A DNA stretch of 64,000 nt. It comes from Tubiluchus corallicola. Its lineage: Eukaryota; Animalia; Priapulida. The stretch's first letter is position 1. Every line of letters begins with the position of its first letter. Shown piece after piece: positions 38,501 to 52,179 of the stretch. The translations under genes and the position numbers were made by a program. The stretch is from assembly GCA_030141605.1 (NCBI GenBank), contig JAQGDQ010000042.1:186001-250000 (forward strand), in the 5' to 3' direction. The notes under the pieces were generated by a model, which searched no databases, was not told the origin of the DNA, and worked only from the letters and a program-made list of their open reading frames with translations.

Positions 38501-41389
38501 GATTGACAGTTTATCGTTGAACTTCTGTCATGTTAATACAGTGTGTAAAAGAAGTTACTGTGCATTTTACATTTTCTATATTTTTTAACAAACAAAGCAA
38601 AATGTTTGAAAATTGATATAGACGAAGTAATACGTTGGGCGATTCTTTTAGACAAATTAGATGAAAATCTGGCTACTCTAGTAGGTTTTGCTATTTCTGC
38701 TATGTTTTTCATGAATTTATAAATCTCAATAGCTTATACACCAATCCTGTAATAAGTATACCATCTTGCATTAAAAAGGGCTCTCGCAGCCCATGAGTGG
38801 TGAGGAAGGACTGCACCTTGTTGAAAAAACTACATTGTTAATAGTGTGGCCCATATCGTGCTCTGAATTTCTACTGAACTTCAGTTGGTGAACCTCATGC
38901 CAGGTTGATTTTGCACCTTATATCTAACGTTACTGTCATTGCCATAGCAAGGGGATTCCAGTTAAAAAGTAAGTAAAAACAATTGCCAAAGGCCTCTTTT
39001 GATCCATGTAAGGCCTTTCTGAGATTGGAGAAAAAATTAAAAAGAAAACTAGAAACGAAAGTATCTAGTGACTTATGGGACGCCTTATATAACGATTATT
39101 GTTCATGTCAAATGTATTGTAATATTATGCTAAATATTTGAAAAGTACTAACTACGGAATATTTGACCTGGAATTTGAAGGACTATCTTTTATCTCTCTC
39201 TTTTTAGACGAAAATTATGCGAATTTACATATTCGTTGTAACAGTCCACACTGGTTGTTGAGCACAGCTATTTTTTCTTGTTCTTCTCTGGCGAGTTGCA
39301 AAACTCATCGTTTTGCTAGTGCAGCTGACTCTGTCGTAATTGCGGAAAAGTTCATTATCCGAAATGTCCTCGTAATAGCGGCGGTTCCGCGCCATCTAAG
39401 CACGCATTTTATTAACCGCTGCCACACCAGACTATTTTAGGAAAAGCTACTTGCTCGCGGTGGTGGAGCAAATATATTGAAGCTTTTTGTTTTGTTTTAA
39501 CGCTTGGTGGCGTTATGTCTGCCTGGTTTGTAACATTGTTGATCCGCCTCTCGCTAGAGATTCACTAGCTAGGCTATACGAGATGATTCCAAGTTTATAC
39601 ACACCCGTTGTTTTAACGGGTTTTCCGTGATTGATGACACACGGTAGCCATGGTAACGGCTAGAAGTGGCTAATGTAGTTGGCAATGTGACCATGATAGA
39701 AAGTTGTGCGGTGATAGCACGAGATTTGACGTTTTATATGTCTTTAAATATTGAAATGAATGCAATGGTATGCAGAGAAGCCAGAGATGATATTGATTTA
39801 TCCAGCGACTGAATGCCTGTGTTGCGCCGGGTGGCATGTTGCACATAATCTTGGCGGCTGCTGCCTGTCTACAGTAAATCGAAGATGAATCAAAAGATGC
39901 TACTTTTTTGATCACTCTATTTGCTACTCTGCAACAGCAGAATGCTCCCAATTGATGGTCCAAAGTTTCGTGACATTTCAAAGATTCAAATAAGTTCACA
40001 TAAGTTATGTTGCACCGCTAAGATACTGGGACTGTAACTAGTGATTTTATGTTTTTGTGCTTTCCCCTTGTGGTATTTATTCACTTTGTCACTGTGCATT
40101 TTTGTAATTGTATCCTTTCAAACGTGGTATTTTTTGTATGTGTTAATAATAAAGAAGAAAAAATCAGTACTTAATAATTTTATGTGACCTTGTCCTTTTT
40201 TAATCTTTCACCTGGCGAAAAAGCACTGATGGTTTGAAACGATGTGCTCTCTCTTTTGGAGGATTCTTCATTATCTGTACTTATTCGTAAAATTAAAAAT
40301 TAAATGTGCGTTAAAACGTTTAAAGATTTAAACGAAAAAATAACGCTGCATAATGTTTTCTACTTTGCCTTATGCAAGTTACCAGTGATTCTCCATTACA
40401 GTACATGTTTTGTTTCTAATAACGAGAATAGAACTATTTTGCTACGTTCAAGTTGAATGGATGATTTAACCGACAAACACAATGCCTTATATAATGATGT
40501 CAGTATCTGACTAACCAGTTATGGCTATAAAAACAAATTATGGCAAGCCTTCTGTTTCACAATGTTCTGTACCGATATAATATTACTCTAAAGATATAAT
40601 ATTATTCGGATACTATATATTACTTAGTCCTGCTCTTAAACATGGCAGTGTTAAACGAATTTTAAACTCTTTTTTTAAATATATGATGCTTGATTAATGT
40701 ATAAACTTTTGTCAGGGTTACTGGATTTTTTTATTTCTCCTTCGAAACAACATAACAGGTCATAACAATGTTTTTGAATTTATTTAGCGTTTTTCCTTTG
40801 TTTTTTACCCAAATGCTTCTTTTTATTTTTTAATAATCACGAACTTGAAAGCTGTACATCGATCGACGAGTAAGATCTATGTTTCAAACTGACGTGACCT
40901 GAGCTGTCTTTTTAATTACATAAACGATGCAAACAATTCTCTTTCAGCAAAACTCCATCTACACCAAAGAAGATGTAGTTAGTACTAAAACAACCCACGA
41001 AATGTCAAATTCTATTTAAGTACGCCCATCCTTTCATGACAAACGGTTTTGGGGTGCATGCCTAGGTACGAATAAAAAGCGATTCCAAGATACAGGTTAG
41101 GAATCCAGATACAGAGATTCTCTTAGCCTAGTTTCGAAAACTTTCGGTTACTACATGTTCGATCTGGGACACAATAATGTTGCAGATGTATATAAAGTAC
41201 ACATTGATCAATAACGCGAAGGACAAGCGAATACCATAATGACGAACATTAGCAAAAAGGTAATTGATTTCTAATAAAGAAGATGCTCATATAACAACTG
41301 CTGACCCGCAACGCCATTTTGTGAGACAGACAATAAGTGAGACAGAGTTTGTACTAATTTATTAGAAGAATAGTAAAGATAATAACGTC

Positions 41390-41925
41390 ATATTACTGGA
41401 ATGTAGATGGCCCATTGACTATAAATATCTGGAATTCCATACCAACTAACATTAAACAGCAAAACTGTCAGCTCCTTCAGAAGTAAACTAAAAGATACCC
41501 AAACTACAAAACTGATAAAATTACGCCAAATAGTGACTGTATTATACCTAAACTTTAATAAGTGGCATAAGCAACTTAAAATATGTTGTATATACATAAA
41601 TACTTTCTCCTTTAAACCTCTTTAAATATTTTTACTATTTGTAATATGTAAGTATTTTTAATTCGCTCTTACTGATAGTACATTGTATAATGTATATGTG
41701 TGCATTTTGTGATCTTTTTAATCATTTGTGTATAGTTTCATTTAGTTTTTTAAATGTACGTTAGTTTGAGTATGTAGCCTTTTTAATAATGAATCTATTG
41801 CTTTTATCAGTTTGTTAATAAACTGGTTACATACGAATTTTAATGTAAATATTATTTAATTTTATGTCTGCATTGTATGTAACTTTCTAACAACAAAGAA
41901 TAGTAATAAATAATAAATAATAATG
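41390..41925 (+). mobile_element. 3' end of a CR1/L2-type LINE
   Basis: IWNSIPTNIK / AKTVSSFRSKLK (WNxLP...FKxxLK motif, frameshifted); TG-rich 3' UTR; (AATA/TAA)n tail. Confidence 0.7.
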
Positions 41926-42313
41926 TAGTAAAAAAGTGTGTATTCCAGTGTTGCAAGCAGAATGGCGACATATCCGTAATGAGTTGTTATGTTGAAGTGC
42001 TAGCTGACAGGATTAATCATGCCATCGAATATGACTTTCTTTTTAACAGTATAGCTGCAATTATGATAAGTATTTACTCCCATTTCTGAAAATACAAGCT
42101 AAAAGTTGCATCACCTGTTGCTGGAGAACGATTCATTTATTCTCATTCTGCGATTGCGAAAAGATAATTAAATAGCTATCGTAGTCCTCGATAAGCCTCG
42201 TAAAGTTCGGCCTAAAAATAAATTCGAACAGATCTACAGCAATAACCCTACAAATTTAGAGCGAAATAAACTGATAAAATTGTTATTCAATGATTTATAA
42301 TAACTAGAATAGT

Positions 42314-42760
42314 AACTAGAGCTGCAAACCCACACCTAACAAAAGTCATTACAGGCAAAAATTTATCCTGACATTTTTTACTTTTGTGATCTTGACCTTT
42401 GACCTTTTGAATTAAAAGCAACTGGTTCGACGTCTGATGATTATAGCTTCGTCTATAATCATAGCTACAGAGCTTTTGGTTTTTTGATCGGCGACCTTTT
42501 CAGCCTAGAATAAGTGGGTTTCCAGCATTTGCCCTGTGTCTGTCCCTGTATCTGTGCCTGTGTCTGTCCCTGTGTCTGTTCCTGTGTCTGTCCTTGTATC
42601 TGTCCCTGTGTCTGTCCCTGTGTCTGTCCCTGTGTCTGTCCCTGTATCTGTGCCAACTTACTGATTAAAATATTGCGTTTTATTCTTCTTGTTCAGTTAC
42701 CATTCAGCTGTAAATTTACACAATTACCCCTCTGTACAGGTGAGCTGCAGCTACCTGTAT
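42314..42760 (+). mobile_element. HINE/pearl-like non-autonomous element with an internal 12-bp tandem array
   Basis: IR pair gctgcaaacccac (42321) / gtgggtttccagc (42514); tgacctttgacc motif; hairpin atgattatag/ctataatcat; ~10 copies of TGTCCCTGTGTC; 3' palindrome tacaggtgagctgcagctacctgta. Confidence 0.6.
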
Positions 42761-44894
42761 AAATAATGCATAAATACTTAGTTAAGTTGCATGATCGGGC
42801 CATTAATCTTTACAGGCTTGGACAGCTGATTGATGGTGTAAATATTTAATAAGCAGGTTCATCGTGTGCTGGGGCTTTTTTACAATCTCCTCTCACCAAG
42901 GATGAATTTTACAGAATAACATATGCGCTAGTTCCAATTTCGCAATGTAAAAGTAGGAATTTAAACTCAGATCTGTATGATGGTGAGTTGTGCACAACCA
43001 CTGAACATGTAAGACAGCAAGACTGCTCAAAGAAAACAAAGCGATGCTCTTGTAGTACGCACCCAGAGGAATAAGTCAGTTTGGTGCGCCCTTTACGTGT
43101 GCATTCATTCGTCTAATGGTATATCTTTATTACTGTAATTAAAAACTCTTCAATGGGGGAAATGCGAGTTTCCTATTAAACGTTCTTAATATTTTTGTAG
43201 ATTTTGCAGCAGCAAACGTTTCGTACCAGAATTTTTAGTTATCAGTTGGATTATAGTTACAGTAGTCGTATTGTCATATTTTCTACGGAGAGGGTATTTT
43301 GTTTGTTTGCAAAATAATGAGAATTATACTATTTTAGAGCAACAGTGGTCAGCTCTCAAACTGAAAGTATAGCTCTAAACATTACCCGAGACTATGTATT
43401 GCTCACGGAAGTTTAAAAGCTACAAATTTGCCTAAGTAAAAATGCATTTTGGAGAGGTCATCACATGTAACTTTACTTATCATTTTACTTGCTTCTAGCA
43501 TTAGCATTATTATCGTTATGTTATTATTATTTATTTTATTTCAGACATTCACGACTTAAAATGTTCGATCTAAAAATTGTATCAGTATTGTACAGCAAGT
43601 TATGAATAACAGTATTCTGTTTGAAAAATAGCTTGGCGTCTGAGACTAAACACAGATTTGGGGTGTCATGTAAAACCATAGAATGAACTTAAGTTCCTGA
43701 ATCCTGAAGGTTTATCCGTGTGAGATAATGCATGGGGCTTACATTCGTAATTACAAAACAATTATTTTCTCTGTGCGAGAAGCCGATTCAAGTTTGCTTA
43801 ATTGGTAGTGTCTGCGGGCGAGACTTAAAAAGTTAATGTTGGGATCTATTGCAACGTAATTCAAGTAAATAGCAAGTTGTAATGATGTTATTTGGTGTGT
43901 TTGTTCTGTATGTACCAGACTAAGGGAAATACCTAAATGATCATGGGGTATGTACTTAGTTTCTAATTTATGTAGTTTCAGTAATGTTACCAAATTGTTG
44001 TGTGACCACCCTAGCTATGTACTTCACAGATAGAGAGAATGCACACTCGAGCGTTGTTAAGCCTTTGTGTCAGTACTGAATCTAATTCAGAAAATTTTCT
44101 TTGATAATGTACCGGATTAAAAACTCATGCACGCTAATACTTTTTAGAATTTTCATATCTCGGCCATTTACAAAAAGGGTCAAACGTTAATAGCTTTTCT
44201 AAAAGTGCCGTCGGTTGATTTTCAACTGCATCAATCATAGTCAGTTTTCTTAAACTGTGTTTTAAGACTAAGGTTGCTTTTCTCGGAGTTTCTGTTCGGG
44301 ATTTGTCAGGGAAGATTCAGTCTGAGAAGCAAACTTTCATTTGAAAACTTCTTTCCGAAGTTTTCGAGGGGACTCGATTTTCAATGACAAAGAACACACT
44401 GTTGACCTCCTGTGCATCACATAGTGACGTAGATTTCAAAGTTTTCAAACCGGATTGTAACGTACACGCTCAAACCAGTATTGTGTTTCCATAGCTAAGT
44501 TGTTTATTGTGCAAAAAATACAAATTTGTTCTAGTCTAGCAAACTATTACATACAGAAATTAGCCACAACCATAAATTACATACAGAGCTACTGAAATAA
44601 ATTGCATGCTACGTGCTAATAAAATACGTGCTACAGAGTACTATCGTTGCACACTAAATAAGCAGTGCGTATACATATACTGTTGGTCCAATATTGCCAG
44701 AATGTCAACAACAGTTAGTCAGTTACATCTTATTCACAAGTTAATTTTCTAACATAACATATACGCCTGTACACAACAACTTCTGCCTATGCAATGTAAC
44801 AGTGGACGAATAGTCTAGCTCATAATACTGCTGTCTTACATAATGTGGCTTCTAATGCATATACTACTGCCTGGATAGGAGTAGTGAAGGAAAG

Positions 44895-45450
44895 CTAAGA
44901 TAAGATAAGATAAGAATTTATTATGCCTTTCGGTAATCATTTATAACAATTTCATTTGACTCATTAAAAATACAATACTAAAATAAATATAAGAAAAACA
45001 TATGAATGTGCCCAATATCAAAACAATCATAAAATGAGCTAAACAGTCGCCTCATACATGTGCCAATACCAGCAGAGTAAAATTAAATGATACATCATAG
45101 AAACTAGGAAACTTATCACTTGAAGTTAGCATTGAATTGTCTTACTGCACTTGGAATGAAAAAGTTCAGAAATATGTTTATTTTATAAATAAGGCTTCTA
45201 TACCTACCAGAATCCAATTTTTTAAAATTTGATGCAAGAGGGTGAGTTGGGCCAATTATAATACACTTTGACTTTTGTTGTTGTTTTTTTCCATTTAAAG
45301 ATCTTCCATTTTAGACTGGAGTTCCACAGACCTTACCAGCAATACCAGTAATTTTATCTAAAAGAGGTATGTCATCATTAGTAAAACTTTGGTCCCACAA
45401 TACGCAGCAGTACATGATAACAGATTGCACAATAGATGTGCAAAACATTT
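44895..45450 (-). mobile_element. 3' fragment of a Rex1/Babar-type LINE
   Basis: Minus frames CTSIVQSVIMYCCVLW... and GPTHPLASNFKKLDSGRYRS...FFIPSAVRQFN (HPL...SGRRYRS...SFFPxAIRLLN motif); AATAAA + (CTTAT)n tail. Confidence 0.8.
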
Positions 45451-48400
45451 ATACCTGCAATATGGTTGTTTTTTTTAATTTAAACTGAGTGTTCAATTGC
45501 GTTTTTGCCACAATGCAGTAGACGCACTTTGAGATTTAATGCGTAGACAGAGCTTGTACAACACATTGGTTTCTGACACGCAGTCACTCACGCAAGTGTC
45601 GCATTGATTTTTACCAAGTACAACTCCCTATCAACAGCTGCCTCAACCGTATAAATCCAGTTATCTAATAAAGTAGAAACCTTAATAAAACAGCTTTGCA
45701 ATACAGCAGCAAGATCAAAAAGAGAAGTGATCAGTTCGTGTTTTTCAGAACATGAAAAACCGAATGTAGGCCTAATTAAAAATTACCTGTGTGGCTGCGG
45801 TAGATAAGGCTTTGATGGGGTGATCATCGATTATTCTTCAGTGGTACCAAACTCAGGTATAACTGAGGGATGCATTTTCAATCTAGTGTGCAACTTTTCA
45901 CTTTCCCTTTAAAGTGGAAATGATGCTGAAATGTCTAGTGACTGATCTCAAGCTAATAATTTGATATCAGGGGACTTTGGAGAATAGAGGGGTAACCTTA
46001 AATGGTTGGTAATTAAGACTAACGTTTAATTTCTTATTAACCAGTATCAATATAAAACAGGTAACATCGATTTTTGGTTATTAATATGAAAATTTGATTT
46101 TTGATATTGGAATTATTTAATATCATTTTCAGGTAGTAGCTTTCTATTGAACAAAATCGAAGATTAAGCTAGTTGAAATTAATTAGTTTGTGTAAAGGAA
46201 GAACATTCAATATTTACTGGGTTATTTATATGACACGGATACAAGAAAGAAATGATTAAGATACGTTAATCCATAACAAACGCGCCGTGTAATAAAAAAA
46301 CGGGTAAACAAACAAACAAACGCAAATCACGACAATACTGTGTATTAAATAAATTCAATTAGATCTACACAGATCAGTTTATAGCATTTCTCACGACCGC
46401 AATATGTTGACAGTCCTACAGACGGCTATGTTTTAATAGCGACTTCACAGTATTACTTTCCAAGTTTGTAAAGCATAATTAAACTTTACTTATGTTTTAT
46501 ATCGTCCTATTTCAAATTATTCGTGAATGAAGTTACATGTGATCTTTAATGGGAAACAGGGTATACATTTTAAAACCTATAATAATTCTAAAACGTTTCT
46601 GTTAATTATATAATAGGTTTAAGACCTTAATAATTTTAATGACATGAGCGCCTAACTAGGGATGACATCATAAACATTTTCAACAGCACAAACATTCCAC
46701 GAGCGTGTTGCACGTCTTTGGGAAAGCGGAAATTGAAGTACAGTGCTGCTGTACAACATTCAGTGTGATATACAAAAGTTCGGCAAATTTCAAGTTCAAA
46801 ATTCAAATTTGAAGTTTATCGCTGTGTTCACGCATGAGCTCTCCAACGTGTTTTACTACGTCACAAGTGAACACTTCTGAACTGAATGGAGAGCACATGT
46901 TTTTATGCAACGCATTTCCGAGATGTAGGCGCTAGTGCTCATCTAATTACCGAATGGCGAAATGCATGTAACAGCAAAGAACTCGCGAACGCAAAATATT
47001 GTTTCTGTGGTATTAATTCTCTCACGTAATTTATTCTTAAAAACAAACAGTATGTTCCCTTCAAATATTTCGTGGGTAGGTTGTTTTGAGCGATAGTTTA
47101 AGATTGGGTCCTGTTACTTGTTAGTACGTTGTCTTTCGTGACTAAATTTTAGACAGAATGAAATATTGAAATTAGATGTTCATGTCTTCGTCTTCTCTTT
47201 CAAGTTTCAGCATTGTTTGCTCAATTAATGTGAATTTTCTGTTGTTTATGCGTACATGAAACTTTTTTGCTTGTCTTTCATGTTGGATAGAGTGCTTGTT
47301 CCACAAGCTCACGACGCATTTGCAACTTTTTTTCTTATCTTGTAATGTTGGATAGAATGCTTGCCACACACACAGCAGCCGCAGCGACGAGCTTCTGGCT
47401 TCCATCGATCCAGCACCATTAAAAACCTATATACAAATATTTGTGCCTCCACTTCGCCGAGAATAAAAACTAACTTTGTCAAATGTGTCCGTTTATCCGC
47501 GCATGCGCACTAGTGCAGGCAGAATGCCGTGGGAAGAAGTAATAACCAAAGCAAATACGAACAATTGGTTGCATCAGATACAAAGGATATGGTTAAAATT
47601 GTTGTTAGCATAACTTTTATACTAAGATCTAGTTTCGAAAGGGTAAAAAAACTAAAAATGAACAGCTGTCGTGGCTTAAAGAAGCCACGCTTATGTAACT
47701 GCTTGACCGAATGCTTGACTGCGCAAGTCTAAAAAACCTTCCGCAACTGCCGATGTCCCCTGATTGAAGAATGAAGTTGACACACACATTGCCTAATTTT
47801 GTGTAGGCATTCATTAATGGCTGTATAAAGAATGAAATTCATTCAAGCAGCGCTTTCTAATTGCTGCCTACAAATTGAATGTTTGCCTGAAAAACAAGAG
47901 AAATTTATATGAAGCAGAATAACAAACTTATCGTAAGCACTGACTAACTGCACTAACATTTTAAAATTAAAGCCATTATAAGATCCAAGTGGAGAGTGTC
48001 TTTTCGAAAAGCCCATCATCTTGTAATAAACTTCTCGAAATAATGTTAACTTGCTGCCTGAGATTCAAAATTAGTCGTTGTTACGTACTGAGCAGACTTG
48101 ATTCGAATGGTTTATGGTTTTTTTATTTTCAAAATAGTGACATAAATATCACAGACCGTGTGCTAAATCTCTGATAATATTATTCGTGAGTGACATTATT
48201 ACTTTTAAGCGCATTTTCAGCATTCATCAGTCAGTTGCTTCAACATGCCAGCATTGTGGTATACCTGATGGACAAAATGCTGTATTTATGGATCAATTTG
48301 TTGTACAATGGCATCAGTTAATGACTCCAGAGATGATGGATCATCCAGAAGCGCCGTAAATTATCCAACACGCCAATATTACTGCCCACGCTGACGTCAT

Positions 48401-49359
48401 CTAGGAAGCCATATCAAGTCTGACGGAAATCATAACTTAATATGGTCATAGTTAATCTAATAGCAGGTCTGACGTATATGTATTTATTTGACAATGACCT
48501 GAGCGGGAACTCGACTTATACATAGTTTTTAAATCTGCAAGTAATTAATGAGATTATTATACTTATTGGGGATAAGAGCTGGTTGTAAATATGACTAAGG
48601 AAATTTAGTTATGTGCCCAGTTGGTTCTAAAGACACGGTTTCATTAAAATAGAGAACTTGAATGTTTTTAGGAAATCTTAGCTCCATAATAAGCAAGTAC
48701 GCAAGCGTCCAAGTTAGCTTTGAAAATACTTTTACTGAACTGTCATCTTTCACAATACTGCCTCAGTCATCCTCATAAAAACAAGAAGCTACATGTACCA
48801 GCACCCGAAAATTACTTTGTCAATTTATTACTTACGGCAGTTGCTTGAACTTTTAGGTGGTAGTGCACAGCTATTTGTCTGATGATAGCTAAAGCAGTGT
48901 AACCGAAAAGTTACAGTTTTCAATAAAAATGTTTTCAGAGCTGGCTCGAGCGCTTGGCTTTTCGTTTATTAAAATTCCAGTAACAAGCAGGTAATGATGT
49001 CTGGTAGTATTACGTATAATTCTAAATTCCTCTATTTTCTGTATAGACTTTCTCCACCACGCTTGCAAATACTTCAATCAGGTTTCAAAACCCTGTTTAA
49101 CATTAGCTTTGTGACACTAGGCAGAACATTTCCCAAGTCTTCACTTCATGAACAGTTGCAAGAATTAATCATAAAGGTCGGGTGGCTTGCTGCTAATTGT
49201 CAAGTGACGAATAGTCACGTAATCCGATAGCTTTTACCCATGCTGAAAGATTACCTTTGCCAAATCTTCTTAAGAAATGACAGATCCACAGTCAATTATG
49301 AGCGCGGTGCACGGCTGCATTCTTTTTCTCTGTTTCTCATCTCTTTCTTACGCTCATTC

Positions 49360-49445
49360 ATATACACATACACACACGCACACGCACACACACACACACG
49401 CACACACACACGCACGCGCGCACACACACACACACACACGCATGC
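49360..49445. repeat. (CA)n microsatellite
   Basis: Directly visible. Confidence 0.95.
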
Positions 49446-49513
49446 ATGCACCACACATTATGAAAATCACCACTCTTACAACAATTAGCTTAACGATTAA
49501 ATTTCTGAATTAG

Positions 49514-49603
49514 GAGGCACTGAAAAATTGCCGACCAACTAGGATTCGAACCCAGAACCTCTCGCTTACACTGCAGATGCTCCACCAATTGAGCCACTGG
49601 TCC
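49514..49603 (-). mobile_element. tRNA-like sequence (SINE head or tRNA pseudogene) followed by aatttttcag
   Basis: Minus: GGACCAG TGGCTCAATTGGTGGAGC atctgc agtgtaa gcgaga ggtt CTGGG TTCGAAT CCTAG TTGGTC; A and B boxes present; anticodon arm imperfect (TGT-like). Confidence 0.7.
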
Positions 49604-50669
49604 AATCTAAAAGAGCTGGACTGAATTCACCCCAGTAGCACACAGTCGGATCTCCTAGCCGCTGCTAGTGATATATCACTACAATTTGAATGCAATCAAC
49701 AGCGGGAGTTGACTGGCCTAAAGCCTCTGTACCCTTCTGTGGAGTGTTTGGACATACGTACAATCTTTCTCGCTCTTTTTCTTTTCCTTCTCCCCCCTTT
49801 TCGCCGTCCCCCTCTCCCTTTTGCTCTCTCTCTCTCTTCTTTCTCTCACTCTCATTTTCAGGTTTTCTCTAAATATTATAAATTTACATTTTTACAACAT
49901 AATGCTGTAGCAGTATGTTGTAAATATGTAAATTATAGAATTATGAGAACTTAATTTGAAATAAGTCAAATAAATCAAATTTCTGTCTCTTCCTCTCCCT
50001 CACTCTCTGTCTGTCGATCTAGGAAAGATAGTCACTCGTGTCATAATAAAGCGAAAACAAGAAACAAAAATCGTTTAATAATTTTGCTCCACCTAAATTT
50101 ATCTGCAGTTTAAACACCGACAGTCTATTATGATTCATGCTAGAATTTATGCAGCCGCAGCGAATAACGTTTGGCAGATGTTTCAAATGCTATTATTTCT
50201 AGCGATCTGACAAGTCTGAGTAAAGGATCAATTTTATTACTGACAATAAGAATTGGGATAAAGCCATGTTTGACTTGCATTAGTAAAACAACAGGATCTG
50301 CAGCACATAAATGAAATATAAGGGCGGGTCTAAAAATTGCGGCAGACGAGGACGAAGTTTCAAGGCGCTTACAACTGTCAGAAAACTCATAGATGTAGGC
50401 ATTACGCAAAAATTTCAAAACGCTGCTAATTGCATTTTTCTATTACGACAAAGTTTGAAACATTTTTGAGCGGATGTTATTATGAATTTCGCTTCCACTA
50501 GAAGTTAATGGAAGACGTAGTTATTTTATTGACGATAAAAAGAACATAACTGCTGTAGCTTTTGTTTTGTTTAGATGACTAAATCTTTCGGACACAGGCT
50601 GTACTAACTTTACTAACTTAAAATAATACTAATTTTCGTCAATAGTTCAACAATGATTTTGTTTAAAAA

Positions 50670-50805
50670 TGGCGACTGACAGGAGGCCGCAGGTTCAACT
50701 CCCGACCGAGTCATACCAAAGACATGAACAATGATACCGCGGGTAATAATAATCGGGATCACCTTGGAAATAAGTATCGAGTTACTTAAGGTGTTACCCC
50801 TGGAC
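50670..50805 (+). mobile_element. Truncated tRNA-derived SINE with a MetaSINE-like core
   Basis: ggttcaactcc B-box followed by gagtcataccaaagac...aatgatacc, related to the 30.6-kb copy. Confidence 0.55.
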
Positions 50806-51544
50806 TATATGTGCGTTAGCACCAATGTGCGGTTTAACGCAATGGCTGGTTTTGCTTATGTCTTAGTCTTCTCTGCGTCAAAATTTAATTAACTGAAGAC
50901 TATAATTTGTCTGCAGACAGCGACGCCAAGTTTTCTCTTACGAGGTTTAGTTGCAATGCAAAAGAGCAAAGCCCACTGAGGCTTTGTAAAATATCATTAA
51001 TAAAACATGATGTAGAAGACGCAAAGGTTAATGAAATTACTGAAAACAAATAAAGTTAATCGTAGTGTGCGTAGTGTACGTAGTACCAATCTCAATAGTT
51101 GAACCCGTGACCTTTTCAATTCTAACAGCAGCTACATTTTATACAGATTTTAGGGAAATTTGATAAATAATGTATTCTCTGCATTACGTAATTTGAAATG
51201 CGAGCTGAAAATTTACCCAATTAATCGTCATTTGCGAAGAGCTGCGCTAAAAACGCTTCCGTTGAAATTTGTTAGACGCGCGTAGAAATTAATTTAAAAT
51301 GCTTGTATGATGTACGATGTATCGTTTATAAAACTGCCAGGAAGCTAGGTACTTAGGTAGACTGAAACATCTCCACTTGGTACATTTTTATCTAGATTCT
51401 AGACGTGTCATGCGTGAGTCTCGATCTCACCATCCGTGTAAGCTTTCTCACGGCCGAAAGTACTTCGTCCAAAGGAAAATAAGCATTTAGCTATTCAAAA
51501 ATCTTATTTTACAATTCCCGTTTCAAAAGCTAACATCTCTAGCA

Positions 51545-52170
51545 GTTAAACAAGTGAATGACTGGCCAAGTGACCAATCAACTTAATGACTAATTAGCTG
51601 TCGGCAACAAGTAATTTTTTCTCCAGCAAACTAACTAATCAAACGAACAGTTGTACAGACTAATTTTTACGAGGATAAACAAAAAATAAAAGAACAAGCA
51701 AGCGATTAAACTAACATACAAACAAATGAATAAATATACATGCAAGCAGGCAAACAAACGAAAGCAAGCGAATAAAATGGACAAAGTAGTCTAGTAACAA
51801 CTCATTATGCCCAGCATGCAAATAAACAACAAACAACAAACAAACCCAAAGCAATCAAACAATCAGGCACCCAAAAAGCAACGAACCAACCAAGCAGCCA
51901 ACTAGCCACCAACCAGCCAATAAACAAACGTACATGTATACATACATACATACTTACATACATACACCCATATATACATGCATATATACATACAAATAAA
52001 CAATCAAACGAACAAACAGAACAACTAATCAGTTAACGAACAGCTCCACCAAATTTAACAATAAATTCAATGAATTCAGTCATTCAGTCAGTCAGTCAGT
52101 CAGTCAGTCAGTCAGTCAGTCAGTCAATTTGCCAGGCTGTCGTTTAACTAGTCAGTCAGCTTGCTAAGCA
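51545..52170. repeat. Compound degenerate tetranucleotide arrays (AAAC/CATA/CAGT)
   Basis: Directly visible. Confidence 0.85.
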
Positions 52171-52179
52171 GTCAACTAG

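Noticed and set aside
42465-42762. QGQT / CPCV repeat proteins (metallothionein-like appearance)
   Set aside because: Translations of a 12-bp tandem array inside a HINE-like element.
42853-43074. 73-codon Cys-containing open frame on the + strand
   Set aside because: Weak acceptor, no partner exons and no domain match that I can recognise.
49533-49603. Functional tRNA-Thr(TGT) gene
   Set aside because: The anticodon stem and loop are imperfect, and the flank is shared with other degenerate copies; a SINE or pseudogene is more likely.
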